Positions 47,577 through 57,265 are shown, counted from the stretch's first letter. The stretch is 61,635 nucleotides of DNA from Coriobacteriia bacterium (GCA_009785795.1 WQVN01000003.1:1-61635); one strand, 5' to 3'. Translations and numbers: made by a program. The notes: a model not told the origin generated them from the sequence alone.

Positions 47577-48770
47577 CTAACTTGCGCTGGACTGTAAGCG
47601 CAAACGACTCAATGCAAGTGCCACTGCAAAAAAGGTCATAGCAAACAGCACTAGCATTCCCAGGTTGCCCAATAGCGGTGTGATTGTTTGTGCCGACACT
47701 GCTTGTGCTTGAGCAAGTTCTGTAATTGCGTTGCCATAATAATAGGTTGGCACGAACTGCGCGATAGATTGCATGATGTCTGGCATAAAATCAGTCGGAA
47801 TGAAAATGCCACCCATAAAGGCAAATACCAGACCGATTATATTGCCTGCAACATTCATAGTAGTCTCACTTGCAAGAATCTGCCCCAATAGGAACGCCAA
47901 AGAAAGCGCAACAAGAGAAAAGGCCAGCAGTGATACCAATAAAAGAATAATCACCGTCGCAGATACTCCAACGAGTGCATCGCGATAGACCACTAGTCCT
48001 AGTCCACCAACCACTGCCCAGGAAAACAGCATGGCGACAAAGCACGCTGCTGCAAGCTGCATGTTAAATTTCAGCCTGCTTACAGGTGCCGCAAGATCTC
48101 GCTTGCGCACATCAGTCCTGTTAAATGCCGCAAGCAACACACTTACCGATATGATAACTGAAAGCAATATCGTATAGCTTGCAAAGGTCATATAACCTAA
48201 ATAGGAAACAGACATTGCAGTACTGTCCTCGTATTGCATCACAGTAGCTACCGCACTGTCTTCCATGCTCTCTTTTGCAAGCTGCGCTGCTTCATGCGGT
48301 GTTGCAGCTGTGCCACTTTGCAGATAGAGGCGTGCTGCACTTAAATAGTCATTGACAAGGGGATCCATCAGGGCACCAAAAATCACCGTTTGACTGATAA
48401 CCGTGTCAATCACAGGACTTGCCATGCCATGTGCAGCTGCTGATGCAAATTCGTCGCCATAGCCAGCAGGAATTATCATGATGTAAGATGCATAGTTTTG
48501 TGCAACAGCATCTTGCATTGACTGTCTATCATCTGCAAGCTCAACGATCTCTGCACGACTCGCTACAAAGTCAGCAAATGCTTCAGAAAAATCATTGCCC
48601 TGATCACGGTTAATGATGGCAACAGTGGGTCGCGCCTCTTCAAATTCGTTCTGACTGTCATCAATGCCCATGCTCATAAAAATGCCAATCGCAGAAAGTG
48701 CTGTCAAGTAGGTCAGCAGATAAACGGGACGACTAAAGAAAATGCGAAGTGCAGTTCTAAATATGTGCAT
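47577..48770 (-). CDS. ABC-2 type transporter permease
   Basis: N-terminal TM helix, a large extracytoplasmic loop, then a cluster of about 5 C-terminal TM helices. It is in an operon with a paralogous permease and an ABC ATPase. Confidence 0.75.
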   Translation of the reverse strand: MHIFRTALRIFFSRPVYLLTYLTALSAIGIFMSMGIDDSQNEFEEARPTVAIINRDQGNDFSEAFADFVASRAEIVELADDRQSMQDAVAQNYASYIMIIPAGYGDEFASAAAHGMASPVIDTVISQTVIFGALMDPLVNDYLSAARLYLQSGTAATPHEAAQLAKESMEDSAVATVMQYEDSTAMSVSYLGYMTFASYTILLSVIISVSVLLAAFNRTDVRKRDLAAPVSRLKFNMQLAAACFVAMLFSWAVVGGLGLVVYRDALVGVSATVIILLLVSLLAFSLVALSLAFLLGQILASETTMNVAGNIIGLVFAFMGGIFIPTDFMPDIMQSIAQFVPTYYYGNAITELAQAQAVSAQTITPLLGNLGMLVLFAMTFFAVALALSRLRLQSSAS

Positions 48771-49920
48771 ATCGCTGCCTCCTTAAGAATAGTAGTGCAC
48801 CGACAAAAAGAACAATGGACATAATCAGCAGGCTTATCAGGCCTTGAAAAAACTGCACGTAGCTATCGTAAAAGTACAGAGCATAAAACAGACTTGCTAC
48901 CTGTTCGACAGGATTTAGCTGTTGCAGATAAGGAAAGTTACGCGTGATATTATCGGCAAGTCGCATGCTGGGATCACCGTAAAGGCCTGCAAACAGAGCA
49001 GAGAAGCAGGCAATTACTGTCAGAATCCCCGCCTTTACACCCTCTGTCAGTGTCGGAATTGAACCCACCAGTGCTCCCAGGGATGTTGCCATTAATGCTG
49101 CACATGCAAGGGCAAGGATGCCAGCAAAGTCATTACTGCCAAAGTTAATGTCAAGAATGAATCGTGCATAACTGTAAGCAATCAACAGGCAGACAAGTGA
49201 AAATATCCAGCAGGCTGCAAAGGTGGCACAAAGAGTCTTTAGCCTACTGGTAGCACCAACTGCCCTCCTTGCACCAAGATCAGATAGATTAGCTTGGGTA
49301 CGCATAATCCCAATTAGTGCAATATTTGCTGCAAGTACGGCAATCATGCCCAGTAGCGCAAAATAATAACGAACCGACATGACAGATTCGTTGGCAGTCA
49401 CCGTGACCTGCTGTGTGAAACTTGCAGGATCGGATAAACTTGTCAGTAGGACAGGATCAGCAAGCGCCTGAGGATTGTGCTGTGCAACTGTCTGAATAGA
49501 TGCTTGGGCACGAACAAAACGATCCGCAATATCCTTTAGAATCGTGCGCCTAAAATCACTAGGTGTAAAACGAGGAGAAAAATACACGCGAGGATTTGCG
49601 TCTGTGCCAATCTGAAAATAGCCAACGATTTCACCATCAAGCAAAAGCTGGTCTGCTTCTTCTTGTGTCTCCACGTGACGCATATCTAGAATCTGGTCAT
49701 CTCCTGGCTGTGACAGTGTTGCAATCACATCAGCAAATTCAGAAGCATTCGCATAGTTAATATCTTCAACAACAGCAGTTGGAATGGGATTCATCGCAGA
49801 AAAATCGCCCGAGATTGTCAGAAACATTGTTGCCAAAACCAGGGGAAACAAAATGACCCACAGCAACACATCCTTGTTGCGTGCCAATGAGAGTACGCTA
49901 TATTTAAAGGTATTAAGCAT
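48757..49920 (-). CDS. ABC-2 type transporter permease
   Basis: Same architecture as the downstream paralogue. It overlaps that gene by 14 nt. Confidence 0.75.
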   Translation of the reverse strand: MLNTFKYSVLSLARNKDVLLWVILFPLVLATMFLTISGDFSAMNPIPTAVVEDINYANASEFADVIATLSQPGDDQILDMRHVETQEEADQLLLDGEIVGYFQIGTDANPRVYFSPRFTPSDFRRTILKDIADRFVRAQASIQTVAQHNPQALADPVLLTSLSDPASFTQQVTVTANESVMSVRYYFALLGMIAVLAANIALIGIMRTQANLSDLGARRAVGATSRLKTLCATFAACWIFSLVCLLIAYSYARFILDINFGSNDFAGILALACAALMATSLGALVGSIPTLTEGVKAGILTVIACFSALFAGLYGDPSMRLADNITRNFPYLQQLNPVEQVASLFYALYFYDSYVQFFQGLISLLIMSIVLFVGALLFLRRQRYAHI

Positions 49921-49938
49921 GAACGTCCTCCTTAGTCT

Positions 49939-50697
49939 TTAATCTCGAAGCTCGGTGCCAGTCAATTCAAGAAAGACGTCATTAAGGGTCGGTTCTTGAA
50001 TTATGACCTTCTTTTCGCCGCCTATCATGCCTTTCAGCTCACTACTGCTGCCATTTGCGATTGTGCGACCGTTGTCCATGATGACAATGCGTGTGCAAAT
50101 TTCTTCAACTTCTTCCATGTAGTGACTGGTATAAACTATCGTTGAGCCATCGCGATTCAGCTGTTGAATGCCCTCGAGGATAGAGTTTCGACTTTGCGGA
50201 TCAACGGCAACGGTTGGCTCATCAAAAAATATCAATTCTGGCTTGTGGGCAACTCCACAGGCTATGTTTAGGCGACGCTGCAAGCCACCTGACAGCTTTT
50301 TGGGACGAAACTTGACATAGTCCTCCAGACCAACAAACTGGATTGCTTCATCCACCAAAGCCTTACGTCGTCCCCTATCGGATACATACATAGCGCAGAA
50401 ATAATCAATGTTTTCGCGCACAGTCAATTCCTCAAAGACGGCAACATTTTGCGGAACAACGCCAATTCGTCGCTTTAGGTCATAGCGCGCAGGGGTCATG
50501 GACTCACCAAACAGCTTAATGCTGCCCTTATCATAGGTAAGCAACTGCAAAATGCAGTTAATCGCAGTTGTCTTGCCGCTACCATTAGGTCCCAGCAGTC
50601 CCAACACCTCGCCTTGCGCAATGTCAAGACTAAAATGATCAAGAGCTGTCAAGTCGCCATAACGTTTTACAAGGCTTTCAACATGTACTACCGACAT
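49939..50697 (-). CDS. ABC transporter ATP-binding protein
   Basis: Walker A GPNGSGKTT, signature LSGGLQRRL and Walker B LIFFDEPT. ATG at 50697 has GAAAGGA upstream. Confidence 0.9.
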   Translation of the reverse strand: MSVVHVESLVKRYGDLTALDHFSLDIAQGEVLGLLGPNGSGKTTAINCILQLLTYDKGSIKLFGESMTPARYDLKRRIGVVPQNVAVFEELTVRENIDYFCAMYVSDRGRRKALVDEAIQFVGLEDYVKFRPKKLSGGLQRRLNIACGVAHKPELIFFDEPTVAVDPQSRNSILEGIQQLNRDGSTIVYTSHYMEEVEEICTRIVIMDNGRTIANGSSSELKGMIGGEKKVIIQEPTLNDVFLELTGTELRD

Positions 50698-50915
50698 AAA
50701 CTGTCCTTTCCGTATATTCATGCAAGTCCTACACGCCAATTGGGGTCAATTGGATGGTGCAGACAAAGACTATTACTGCCACTTATTAGTTTCACGCTTT
50801 TTTTCTGTGTATACCAGTGAGCAATGTCACGACTTTGCCATGCCACACATGACAAATGTCATCAATGTGCACGCAGGTAGGCAGGACAGATGTCAGACAG
50901 CTACAATGTTAGGTA

Positions 50916-52145
50916 ATGAATCGAATTATCGACAAAGCAACAATACTGCTGTGCTGCTTTGCAGTACTGCTTTTTATTCCTCATGATATTCCAATCGTCA
51001 TTGCTCTTCTTTTCGCTCTTACTGCAAGTTCACTGCAGGAAAGCAGGCTACTTCCCCACGAGGCACGCAGCGCATGCTTGCTGCTCTATGTAGCACTTGC
51101 ACTACTTCTTCCCCCCGCTATTGTCTTTTTACCCCTAATTGCGTATGACCTTGTTAGTGCGCGCCAGCGGATTTTGCGCTTGTGCTGGATTATTCCTTCT
51201 GTTGCGGTGATTTGGAATGCAAGTGGGCTGCCTATCCAAGTGGTAGTGATTTTGGGATTGGTCAGCCTTGTATCTTGCCTGCTGTCCTGGAAAACTAGCT
51301 CACTTGCTGCTTTGCAGGCAGCGCGCCATAGCCAGCGCGACGAATTACTTGAACTTTCTCGATCACTTGAGAAGAGGAACCGTCACCTGCAAGAAAAGCA
51401 AGACTACGAGGTGCTTGTAGCTACACTTGATGAACGTGCCCGTATCGCACGCGAGATCCATGATAATGTGGGCCACTTATTAACCCGCTCGACACTGCAG
51501 ATTAAAGCACTCCAGGTTACCTACAGTGCTGATGTGAAAGACAACCCACAGACCATCAGTGGATTAACACAAATTGAAGACAGCATTACCGAAGCCTTTG
51601 AAACAGTGCGACAAAGTGTCCACTCTCTGCATAGCGATGCCTTTGACTTTAAGATCCAGCTGCAGTCCCTTGCAGATAAATCTCACGGATACAAAACTGC
51701 TCTACAGTACAACATTGAGCACATTCCGACAAACGTCGCCTATGCTCTTATTGCGATTGTCCGTGAAGCTCTCACCAATGCTGAAAAGCATAGTGATGCA
51801 AGTCAGGTAAGCATATCTGCAATCGAATATCCTGCCTTTTATCAGCTGATAGTTCAAGATAACGGCAGCAGAAACCCTTTTGCCTCTTCTGCCCCTTTCA
51901 CGAGCAAAGACGGCATACCTCGCAGTGGCACAAAAAGGCACAAGGCAAAGGGGATTCATGCGGGCAATGATGATGTCCATAGTGGCATTGGCAGTGATAG
52001 CAGCAGTGGCATTGGTATGCACACTATGGCAGAGCGCGTCCATGCTCTGAATGGCATCTTCAAATTCGACTATCAGAGCGGAGTCAGGATATTTGCCTCG
52101 ATTCCAAAGTGCGATTCACATGCAGATAAGGAGAATGCAGTATGA
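50916..52145 (+). CDS. sensor histidine kinase (HisKA_3 / NarL-partner type) with an unusual insertion of about 45 aa in the ATP-binding domain
   Basis: Membrane N-terminus, H-box ARIAREIHDNVGHLL, N-box EALTNAEKH and G-box GIGMHTMAERV. A long insert (SRNPFASS...DGIPRSGTKRHKAKGIH...GSDSSS) separates DNG from the G-box. Confidence 0.85.
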   Translation: MNRIIDKATILLCCFAVLLFIPHDIPIVIALLFALTASSLQESRLLPHEARSACLLLYVALALLLPPAIVFLPLIAYDLVSARQRILRLCWIIPSVAVIWNASGLPIQVVVILGLVSLVSCLLSWKTSSLAALQAARHSQRDELLELSRSLEKRNRHLQEKQDYEVLVATLDERARIAREIHDNVGHLLTRSTLQIKALQVTYSADVKDNPQTISGLTQIEDSITEAFETVRQSVHSLHSDAFDFKIQLQSLADKSHGYKTALQYNIEHIPTNVAYALIAIVREALTNAEKHSDASQVSISAIEYPAFYQLIVQDNGSRNPFASSAPFTSKDGIPRSGTKRHKAKGIHAGNDDVHSGIGSDSSSGIGMHTMAERVHALNGIFKFDYQSGVRIFASIPKCDSHADKENAV

Positions 52146-52828
52146 ACGAACTAATTAGAGTAGCGCTAGTTGATGACGACCCCTTTGTGCGTGCTTCACT
52201 CGCCACTATTCTTTCTGCAGATGATAGCGTCGAAATATGTGGTGAAGCAGGCAACGGAAAGGATGCAATTGCGCTTTATGCAGATGTGCAGCCCGACATT
52301 TTGCTCATGGACATTCAGATGCCTACTGTTGATGAAATCGCTAATGGGCTTGACGCAGCGACAGAAATTCTGCAGGGCTTTCCTGATGCACGAATTGTTT
52401 TTCTGACAACCTTCTCAGATGAAGAATATCTAAAAACTGCTCTGCGTCTGGGTTCAAAAGGCTACCTGATTAAGCAAGAAGTTGGCACCCTATTGCCTGC
52501 CCTGCGCTCGGTTATGGCAGGACAAGTTGTTCTGGGCTCAGAAATACCAGAAAAAATGGGGGCACTCCTTGCAGATAAGGATGCGAGCAGCGACAAGCAC
52601 GTACGCGAACAAGCAGCACGCGACGGTCTATCAGAGCGAGAATTTCAAGTGCTTGAACTCATTGCATCTGGACAGGACAACAAAGAAGTTGCAGCAGAGC
52701 TTTTCGTGAGTGAGGGTACTGCGCGTAACTACGTGAGCAATATATTGCAGAAACTTGCGCTAAAGAATCGTACGCAGCTTGCAAGCTACTATCATCGAGC
52801 TCTTGGTCAGACTCTTAATAGTCCCTGA
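52142..52828 (+). CDS. LuxR/NarL-family response regulator
   Basis: Receiver domain (VDDDPF..., LLMDIQMP), a C-terminal LuxR HTH (LSEREFQVLELIASGQDNKEVAAELFVSEGTARNYVSNI), and an ATGA overlap with the kinase gene. Confidence 0.9.
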   Translation: MNELIRVALVDDDPFVRASLATILSADDSVEICGEAGNGKDAIALYADVQPDILLMDIQMPTVDEIANGLDAATEILQGFPDARIVFLTTFSDEEYLKTALRLGSKGYLIKQEVGTLLPALRSVMAGQVVLGSEIPEKMGALLADKDASSDKHVREQAARDGLSEREFQVLELIASGQDNKEVAAELFVSEGTARNYVSNILQKLALKNRTQLASYYHRALGQTLNSP

Positions 52829-53604
52829 GCTATGCGCTGCACGACTGCGTTGATGTCAAGCGGACTATAATCCATGCTGTCCTGCTTGCTTCCTTCGCAT
52901 TCCTCAGCGTAGCGAAGGATCTCACCTGTTCCGCCTAAGCGCGCTTCACGAGCACTGATTAGATTGAGCGCACCGTCTGCCACCTGGTCAGGACTTAGAC
53001 CACAGGTATCAATCCGTCTGGCTATGTAGCCAAAGTTGCGCTGCAGCCAATACAGCAGTAGCTCAAAAGCTGATTGCTGAGCGGCAATTGCATTAACGGT
53101 ATAGACACGACTCGCATCCATGCGACGGTGGATTGTCACAGGATCGCCATGCAAGAACAGCAATTCGCCAGATGCTGGTGTTGCAGACATATGAGATCCT
53201 TTGGCTTCGTGCTGCACACTTCGCTCAGGAATGGTGGAAGTGTGTGCATGGGTGCTGGAAAGTGCTTCTGCAGATGTTGCAGCCATCATTTGCTGGGCGC
53301 GCTCTTGCCACAATTCAGGTCTGTAAAAAGCAAAGGTGTCAAGAGGCGAACGGTCAATTACAAACAGCTCAGCTGGATCTGCATTAATGAGCTGATTCTT
53401 GCGTGCAAGCTGCTCAAATATCCATGATTGAATGTCAGCGATGTCATCTTCTGAATGTGCATCCATAGACTGCCCAACTTGAGCTGTCATTGTTTCTGGC
53501 CATTCCTCATAGATGCTTGCCTGTGGCAAGCGTCGAGCAAGCTCATCTCGCAGAGTTGACTTGCCTACCCCCACAACTCCCATGATGTAATAACGCCGCT
53601 GCAC
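52807..53604 (-). CDS. P-loop NTPase, deoxynucleoside-kinase-like; function unknown
   Basis: Walker A GVVGVGKST near the N-terminus and a DRSPLD motif. The GTG start overlaps the uvrA TAG stop by 1 nt. It contains two repeat-derived segments (TIPERSVQHEAKGSH and GEILRYAEECEGS). Confidence 0.7.
   Translation of the reverse strand: MQRRYYIMGVVGVGKSTLRDELARRLPQASIYEEWPETMTAQVGQSMDAHSEDDIADIQSWIFEQLARKNQLINADPAELFVIDRSPLDTFAFYRPELWQERAQQMMAATSAEALSSTHAHTSTIPERSVQHEAKGSHMSATPASGELLFLHGDPVTIHRRMDASRVYTVNAIAAQQSAFELLLYWLQRNFGYIARRIDTCGLSPDQVADGALNLISAREARLGGTGEILRYAEECEGSKQDSMDYSPLDINAVVQRIAQGLLRV
52891..52921. repeat. short-form repeat copy in inverted orientation, with an extra 7-bp flanking inverted repeat
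   Basis: The reverse complement of 52898..52921 is gatccttcgctacgctgaggaatg, which is 21/24 identical to the mnmA copy. tccttcg (52891..52897) pairs with cgaagga (52913..52919). It is translated as EILRYAEECEGS. Confidence 0.7.
53195..53233. repeat. 39-nt long-form repeat copy inside the P-loop gene
   Basis: gatcctttggcttcgtgctgcacacttcgctcaggaatg is 32/39 identical to the fmt copy at 5332..5370. It is translated as IPERSVQHEAKGS. Confidence 0.8.
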
Positions 53605-56417
53605 TAAGACAAAACTTCCCGCAGGTACTTGCCCGTATACGAACCTTTGACCTGAGCAACCTCCTCAGGAGTACCACTGGCTACAACATTGCCACCAGCC
53701 TGTCCTCCTTCAGGACCCAGATCTATAATATGGTCAGCACTCTTGATTACATCTAAGTTATGCTCAACTATAAGCACCGTATTGCCACCATCAACCAGAC
53801 GCTCCAGCACCAGCAACAGCTGACGCACATCATCAAAATGTAATCCAGTCGTTGGTTCATCTAGTATGTAGAATGTTCTTCCCGTACTGCGACGCTGCAA
53901 TTCACTTGCAAGTTTGACGCGCTGTGCTTCTCCACCACTTAAGGTTGTCGCTGCCTGACCCAGACGAATATAACCCAGCCCCACATCAAAGAGTGTTTGC
54001 AACTTGCGCTTAACTGGTGGAATATTTTCAAAAAAGCTCAGGGCTTCTTCAACGCTCATGCCTAAAATATCACTGACATTCTTACCGCGATAAGTCACTT
54101 GTAGCGTCTCGCGATTGTAGCGTTTCCCACCACAAACTTCGCAAGGCACATAAATGTCGGGCAAAAAGTGCATCTCAATCTTTATCTGTCCGTCACCCTT
54201 ACAGGCCTCACAACGACCACCTGCAACGTTAAAGCTAAAGCGTCCTGGCGCATATCCTCGAGCCTTTGCCTCAGGAGTCGACGACAGTAGCCCGCGAATA
54301 TCGTCCCACACTCCTGTATAGGTAGCAGGATTAGATCGCGGAGTACGTCCAATCGGACTCTGATTAATATCAATGACTTTGTCGAGTGCGCCCAATCCAC
54401 GTATTTCACGATAGCTGCCCACACGACGACGTGCACGCTGCAGTCTATTAGCAAGAAGTGGCGCAAGAGTATCAGTGATTAGCGACGATTTCCCGCTGCC
54501 AGATACTCCTGTCACAACAGTCAAAGCCCCAATAGGAATATCAATGTCAATGCCTTGCAGATTATTTTCGCCTGCACCAAATAACTCGATATCGCCACGC
54601 TCTGGATTGCGACGCTCACTGGGTACGGGGATTTCGCGCCTGCCACTCAAATAGTCAGCAGTCATTGACTTGCGGCTGCGCTCAACCTGCTTTGGGGTGC
54701 CCTGTGCAACGATTTCACCGCCATGTTCACCCGCGCCTGGACCCATGTCAATAACATGGTCTGCCGCACGAATTGTATCCTCATCGTGTTCAACCACAAT
54801 TACCGTGTTACCTAGGTCTCGCAAACGCTCAAGTGTCGCAATCAGGCGTGCATTATCGCGCTGATGCAGACCAATGCTGGGCTCATCAAGTATGTACAGT
54901 ACACCCATAAGACCTGCACCAATTTGTGTCGCCAGACGAATACGTTGTGCTTCTCCGCCACTTAGCGTCGCAGTTGCACGCTCAAGAGTCAAATAGTCTA
55001 GCCCAACATCAACCAGAAAGTTCAGTCGCTCGACAATTTCTTTATTCACGCGTGCTGCAATGGCAAGGTCGCGCTCACTTAATGTCAGGCCATTAAAGAA
55101 ATCCAATGAATCTTTTGCCGACATAGAAGTTATCTGAAAGATATTCTTGCCCCCCACGGTAACGGCAAGAATCTCTGGTTTTAGACGTGCACCCCCACAG
55201 GTCTTACAGGGAATAACTGCCATGTAACGCTCCATTTTTGTGCGCACTTGCTCAGAGTCAGAGTCTGCATGCTTGCGCATGACCTCTGCAACTGCGCCTC
55301 CCCATGTGCTAAACCAGTGAGTCTCGCGACCGCTCCGTGTCATGTATCTAACCTGAATGCGATCTTCTCCTGTGCCAAACATAAACTTATCGCGCACGTC
55401 CACAGGTAGCTCACCCCAAGGAGTATCTATATCAGCACCAATGTGGTCTGCAATTGCTGCAAACAATTGCGGATAATAGTTGCCACCTGTACCAAAGGGA
55501 GCAAGTGCGCCCTGAGCTATGGACAGTTCGGGATCGGGCGCAACAAGTGCTGCATCAACTTCGAGACGAGAACCCAGACCACTGCAGTCTGGACATGCTC
55601 CATATGGCGCATTAAAACTGAAGTCGCGCGGAGCAAGCTCATCAAGTGATATGCCATGTTCGGGACAAGCAAGTGCCTGCGAAAAAGTTTGTGTGTCTTC
55701 TCCTGCAAGCACTGTCACCAGGCCGCCTGCAATACGCAGGGCAACCTCGACGGCATCTGTCAGGCGGGTACGTGAACTTTCACGCAGTACGATGCGATCA
55801 ACCACTACATCGATATCATGCTTGAATTTCTTATCAAGTTCGATTTTCTCATCGAGAGTGCGCAATTCGCCATCAACACGAACACGCAAAAATCCTTCTG
55901 CGCGCAAATCTTCAAAGAGCTTTGCAAACTCGCCTTTGCGTCCACGCACTACAGGGGCAAGCACCTGCAGGCGATCACCCTCTGCCCCCTGCATGATAAG
56001 GTCAACTATCTGGTCAGGAGTCTGACGACTAATTTCAATTCCACAGACAGGACAATGGGGAATGCCCACACGTGCGAACAACAGGCGCAGATAGTCATAG
56101 ATTTCAGTTACCGTACCAACCGTTGAGCGCGGATTCTTACTCGTGGTTTTTTGATCTATCGATACTGCAGGCGAAAGCCCCTCAATGTGATCAACATCGG
56201 GCTTGCTCATCTGTCCAAGAAATTGACGAGCATAAGCAGAAAGTGACTCAACGTAACGTCGCTGTCCCTCTGCATAAATAGTGTCAAAAGCAAGCGAAGA
56301 CTTCCCACTGCCAGAAAGTCCGGTAATCACAACCAATTTGTCGCGCGGAATCTGCAAATCAATATTTTGCAGATTGTGTTCACGTGCTCCTTTTATCGCA
56401 ATTTTTTCCGTAGCCAA
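53604..56417 (-). CDS. uvrA: excinuclease ABC subunit A
   Basis: Two ABC ATPase modules (GLSGSGKSS and GVSGSGKSS), zinc-finger cysteines, LSGGEAQR signatures, and a TTG start at 56417. Confidence 0.95.
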   Translation of the reverse strand: MATEKIAIKGAREHNLQNIDLQIPRDKLVVITGLSGSGKSSLAFDTIYAEGQRRYVESLSAYARQFLGQMSKPDVDHIEGLSPAVSIDQKTTSKNPRSTVGTVTEIYDYLRLLFARVGIPHCPVCGIEISRQTPDQIVDLIMQGAEGDRLQVLAPVVRGRKGEFAKLFEDLRAEGFLRVRVDGELRTLDEKIELDKKFKHDIDVVVDRIVLRESSRTRLTDAVEVALRIAGGLVTVLAGEDTQTFSQALACPEHGISLDELAPRDFSFNAPYGACPDCSGLGSRLEVDAALVAPDPELSIAQGALAPFGTGGNYYPQLFAAIADHIGADIDTPWGELPVDVRDKFMFGTGEDRIQVRYMTRSGRETHWFSTWGGAVAEVMRKHADSDSEQVRTKMERYMAVIPCKTCGGARLKPEILAVTVGGKNIFQITSMSAKDSLDFFNGLTLSERDLAIAARVNKEIVERLNFLVDVGLDYLTLERATATLSGGEAQRIRLATQIGAGLMGVLYILDEPSIGLHQRDNARLIATLERLRDLGNTVIVVEHDEDTIRAADHVIDMGPGAGEHGGEIVAQGTPKQVERSRKSMTADYLSGRREIPVPSERRNPERGDIELFGAGENNLQGIDIDIPIGALTVVTGVSGSGKSSLITDTLAPLLANRLQRARRRVGSYREIRGLGALDKVIDINQSPIGRTPRSNPATYTGVWDDIRGLLSSTPEAKARGYAPGRFSFNVAGGRCEACKGDGQIKIEMHFLPDIYVPCEVCGGKRYNRETLQVTYRGKNVSDILGMSVEEALSFFENIPPVKRKLQTLFDVGLGYIRLGQAATTLSGGEAQRVKLASELQRRSTGRTFYILDEPTTGLHFDDVRQLLLVLERLVDGGNTVLIVEHNLDVIKSADHIIDLGPEGGQAGGNVVASGTPEEVAQVKGSYTGKYLREVLS

Positions 56418-56456
56418 GATTATTTAGTTCTCCTTACGAAATCATGTATTAAAATC

Positions 56457-56489
56457 TACCGAAAGTACGGTATCCTTACTATTATAGCA
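56457..56489 (-). promoter_or_regulatory. candidate uvrA promoter (extended -10 TGCTATAAT) followed by the palindrome TACCG-N6-CGGTA
   Basis: On the minus strand TGCTATAAT occupies 56489..56481. The inverted repeat taccgaaagtacggta occupies 56457..56472, 8 nt further downstream on that strand and 40 nt before the TTG start. Confidence 0.3.
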
Positions 56490-56546
56490 AGATTATCCTC
56501 AATTAGGACAAACAACTATTCGTTAATATGCATAAGGAGTAGGTCC

Positions 56547-57095
56547 ATGGCAAGAGGCTCAAGTGGTGACAGAGGTACGACCATTGTTGGCAGTGGTCAT
56601 GCTGCTAATCGTATGCCAAAAAATCATGTGCTCGTCGAATTCTCTGGTGCATTAGATGAAGCACAAGTTGCCCTAGGATTTGCCATTGTCGAATCTCAGG
56701 CGCAGGAACACGCGCATCAACTGAGCGAACTCACTGACTGTCTGGTCTGGATGCAGCGACAGATATTCGCCTCGGGAACTATCGTCTTGAAAAATGCTCC
56801 TATGGATGCAATCGCTGATTGGTCATGGGACAAACTACTTGAAGAAGTTGAGCGCTGCAACAACTATTTTGCCCCAACAAAGCCTATACGTGACTTCATC
56901 TTGCCAGGCGGATCAGAACTCGCAGCTCGTATAGAGTTTGTACGTGTCGCTATCAGAAGAGTCGAACGAAGCTACTGTGCTTGTAGTTTTCCCGACCGCG
57001 ATGCCTTGCCATTCTACAACCGCCTATCAAAGCTGGCATTCACCCTTGCCCGCCACAGTAATGAAGTCCTTGAAGCACCTGAAACTCTACTGTAA
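56547..57095 (+). CDS. ATP:cob(I)alamin adenosyltransferase, PduO type
   Basis: The start MARGSSGDRGTT has AAGGAG 8 nt upstream. GD.GTT and GALDEAQVALG motifs are typical of the PduO/MMAB family. Size is about 183 aa. Confidence 0.8.
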   Translation: MARGSSGDRGTTIVGSGHAANRMPKNHVLVEFSGALDEAQVALGFAIVESQAQEHAHQLSELTDCLVWMQRQIFASGTIVLKNAPMDAIADWSWDKLLEEVERCNNYFAPTKPIRDFILPGGSELAARIEFVRVAIRRVERSYCACSFPDRDALPFYNRLSKLAFTLARHSNEVLEAPETLL

Positions 57096-57098
57096 TTG

Positions 57099-57123
57099 AA
57101 GATCCTTCGCTTTGCTCAGGAAT
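57099..57123. repeat. intergenic short-form copy of the dispersed repeat
   Basis: aagatccttcgctttgctcaggaat is identical over 25 nt to 19810..19834. It begins 4 nt after the adenosyltransferase stop codon. Confidence 0.85.
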
Positions 57124-57175
57124 AGTAATAATGCATCAAAGCACCAATAGTGTTCCAAACCTTCAGTGTTAAGAC

Positions 57176-57237
57176 GAGTCAAAAAACTCAGCTGTGAAGC
57201 GTAGCAACCTTACGTGAACAGCTGAGTTTTTTGACTC
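57176..57237. terminator. bidirectional rho-independent terminator between convergent genes
   Basis: Perfect 20-bp stem gagtcaaaaaactcagctgt / acagctgagttttttgactc with a 22-nt loop. The A- and T-runs give a U-tract in both directions. Confidence 0.75.
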
Positions 57238-57265
57238 GACGCAGAGACTGGAGACGCCTGGGGCG

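Noticed and set aside
55519-56025. 168-aa plus-strand ORF
   Set aside because: It is antisense to uvrA and has a Ser/Arg-rich low-complexity translation, so it is a shadow ORF.
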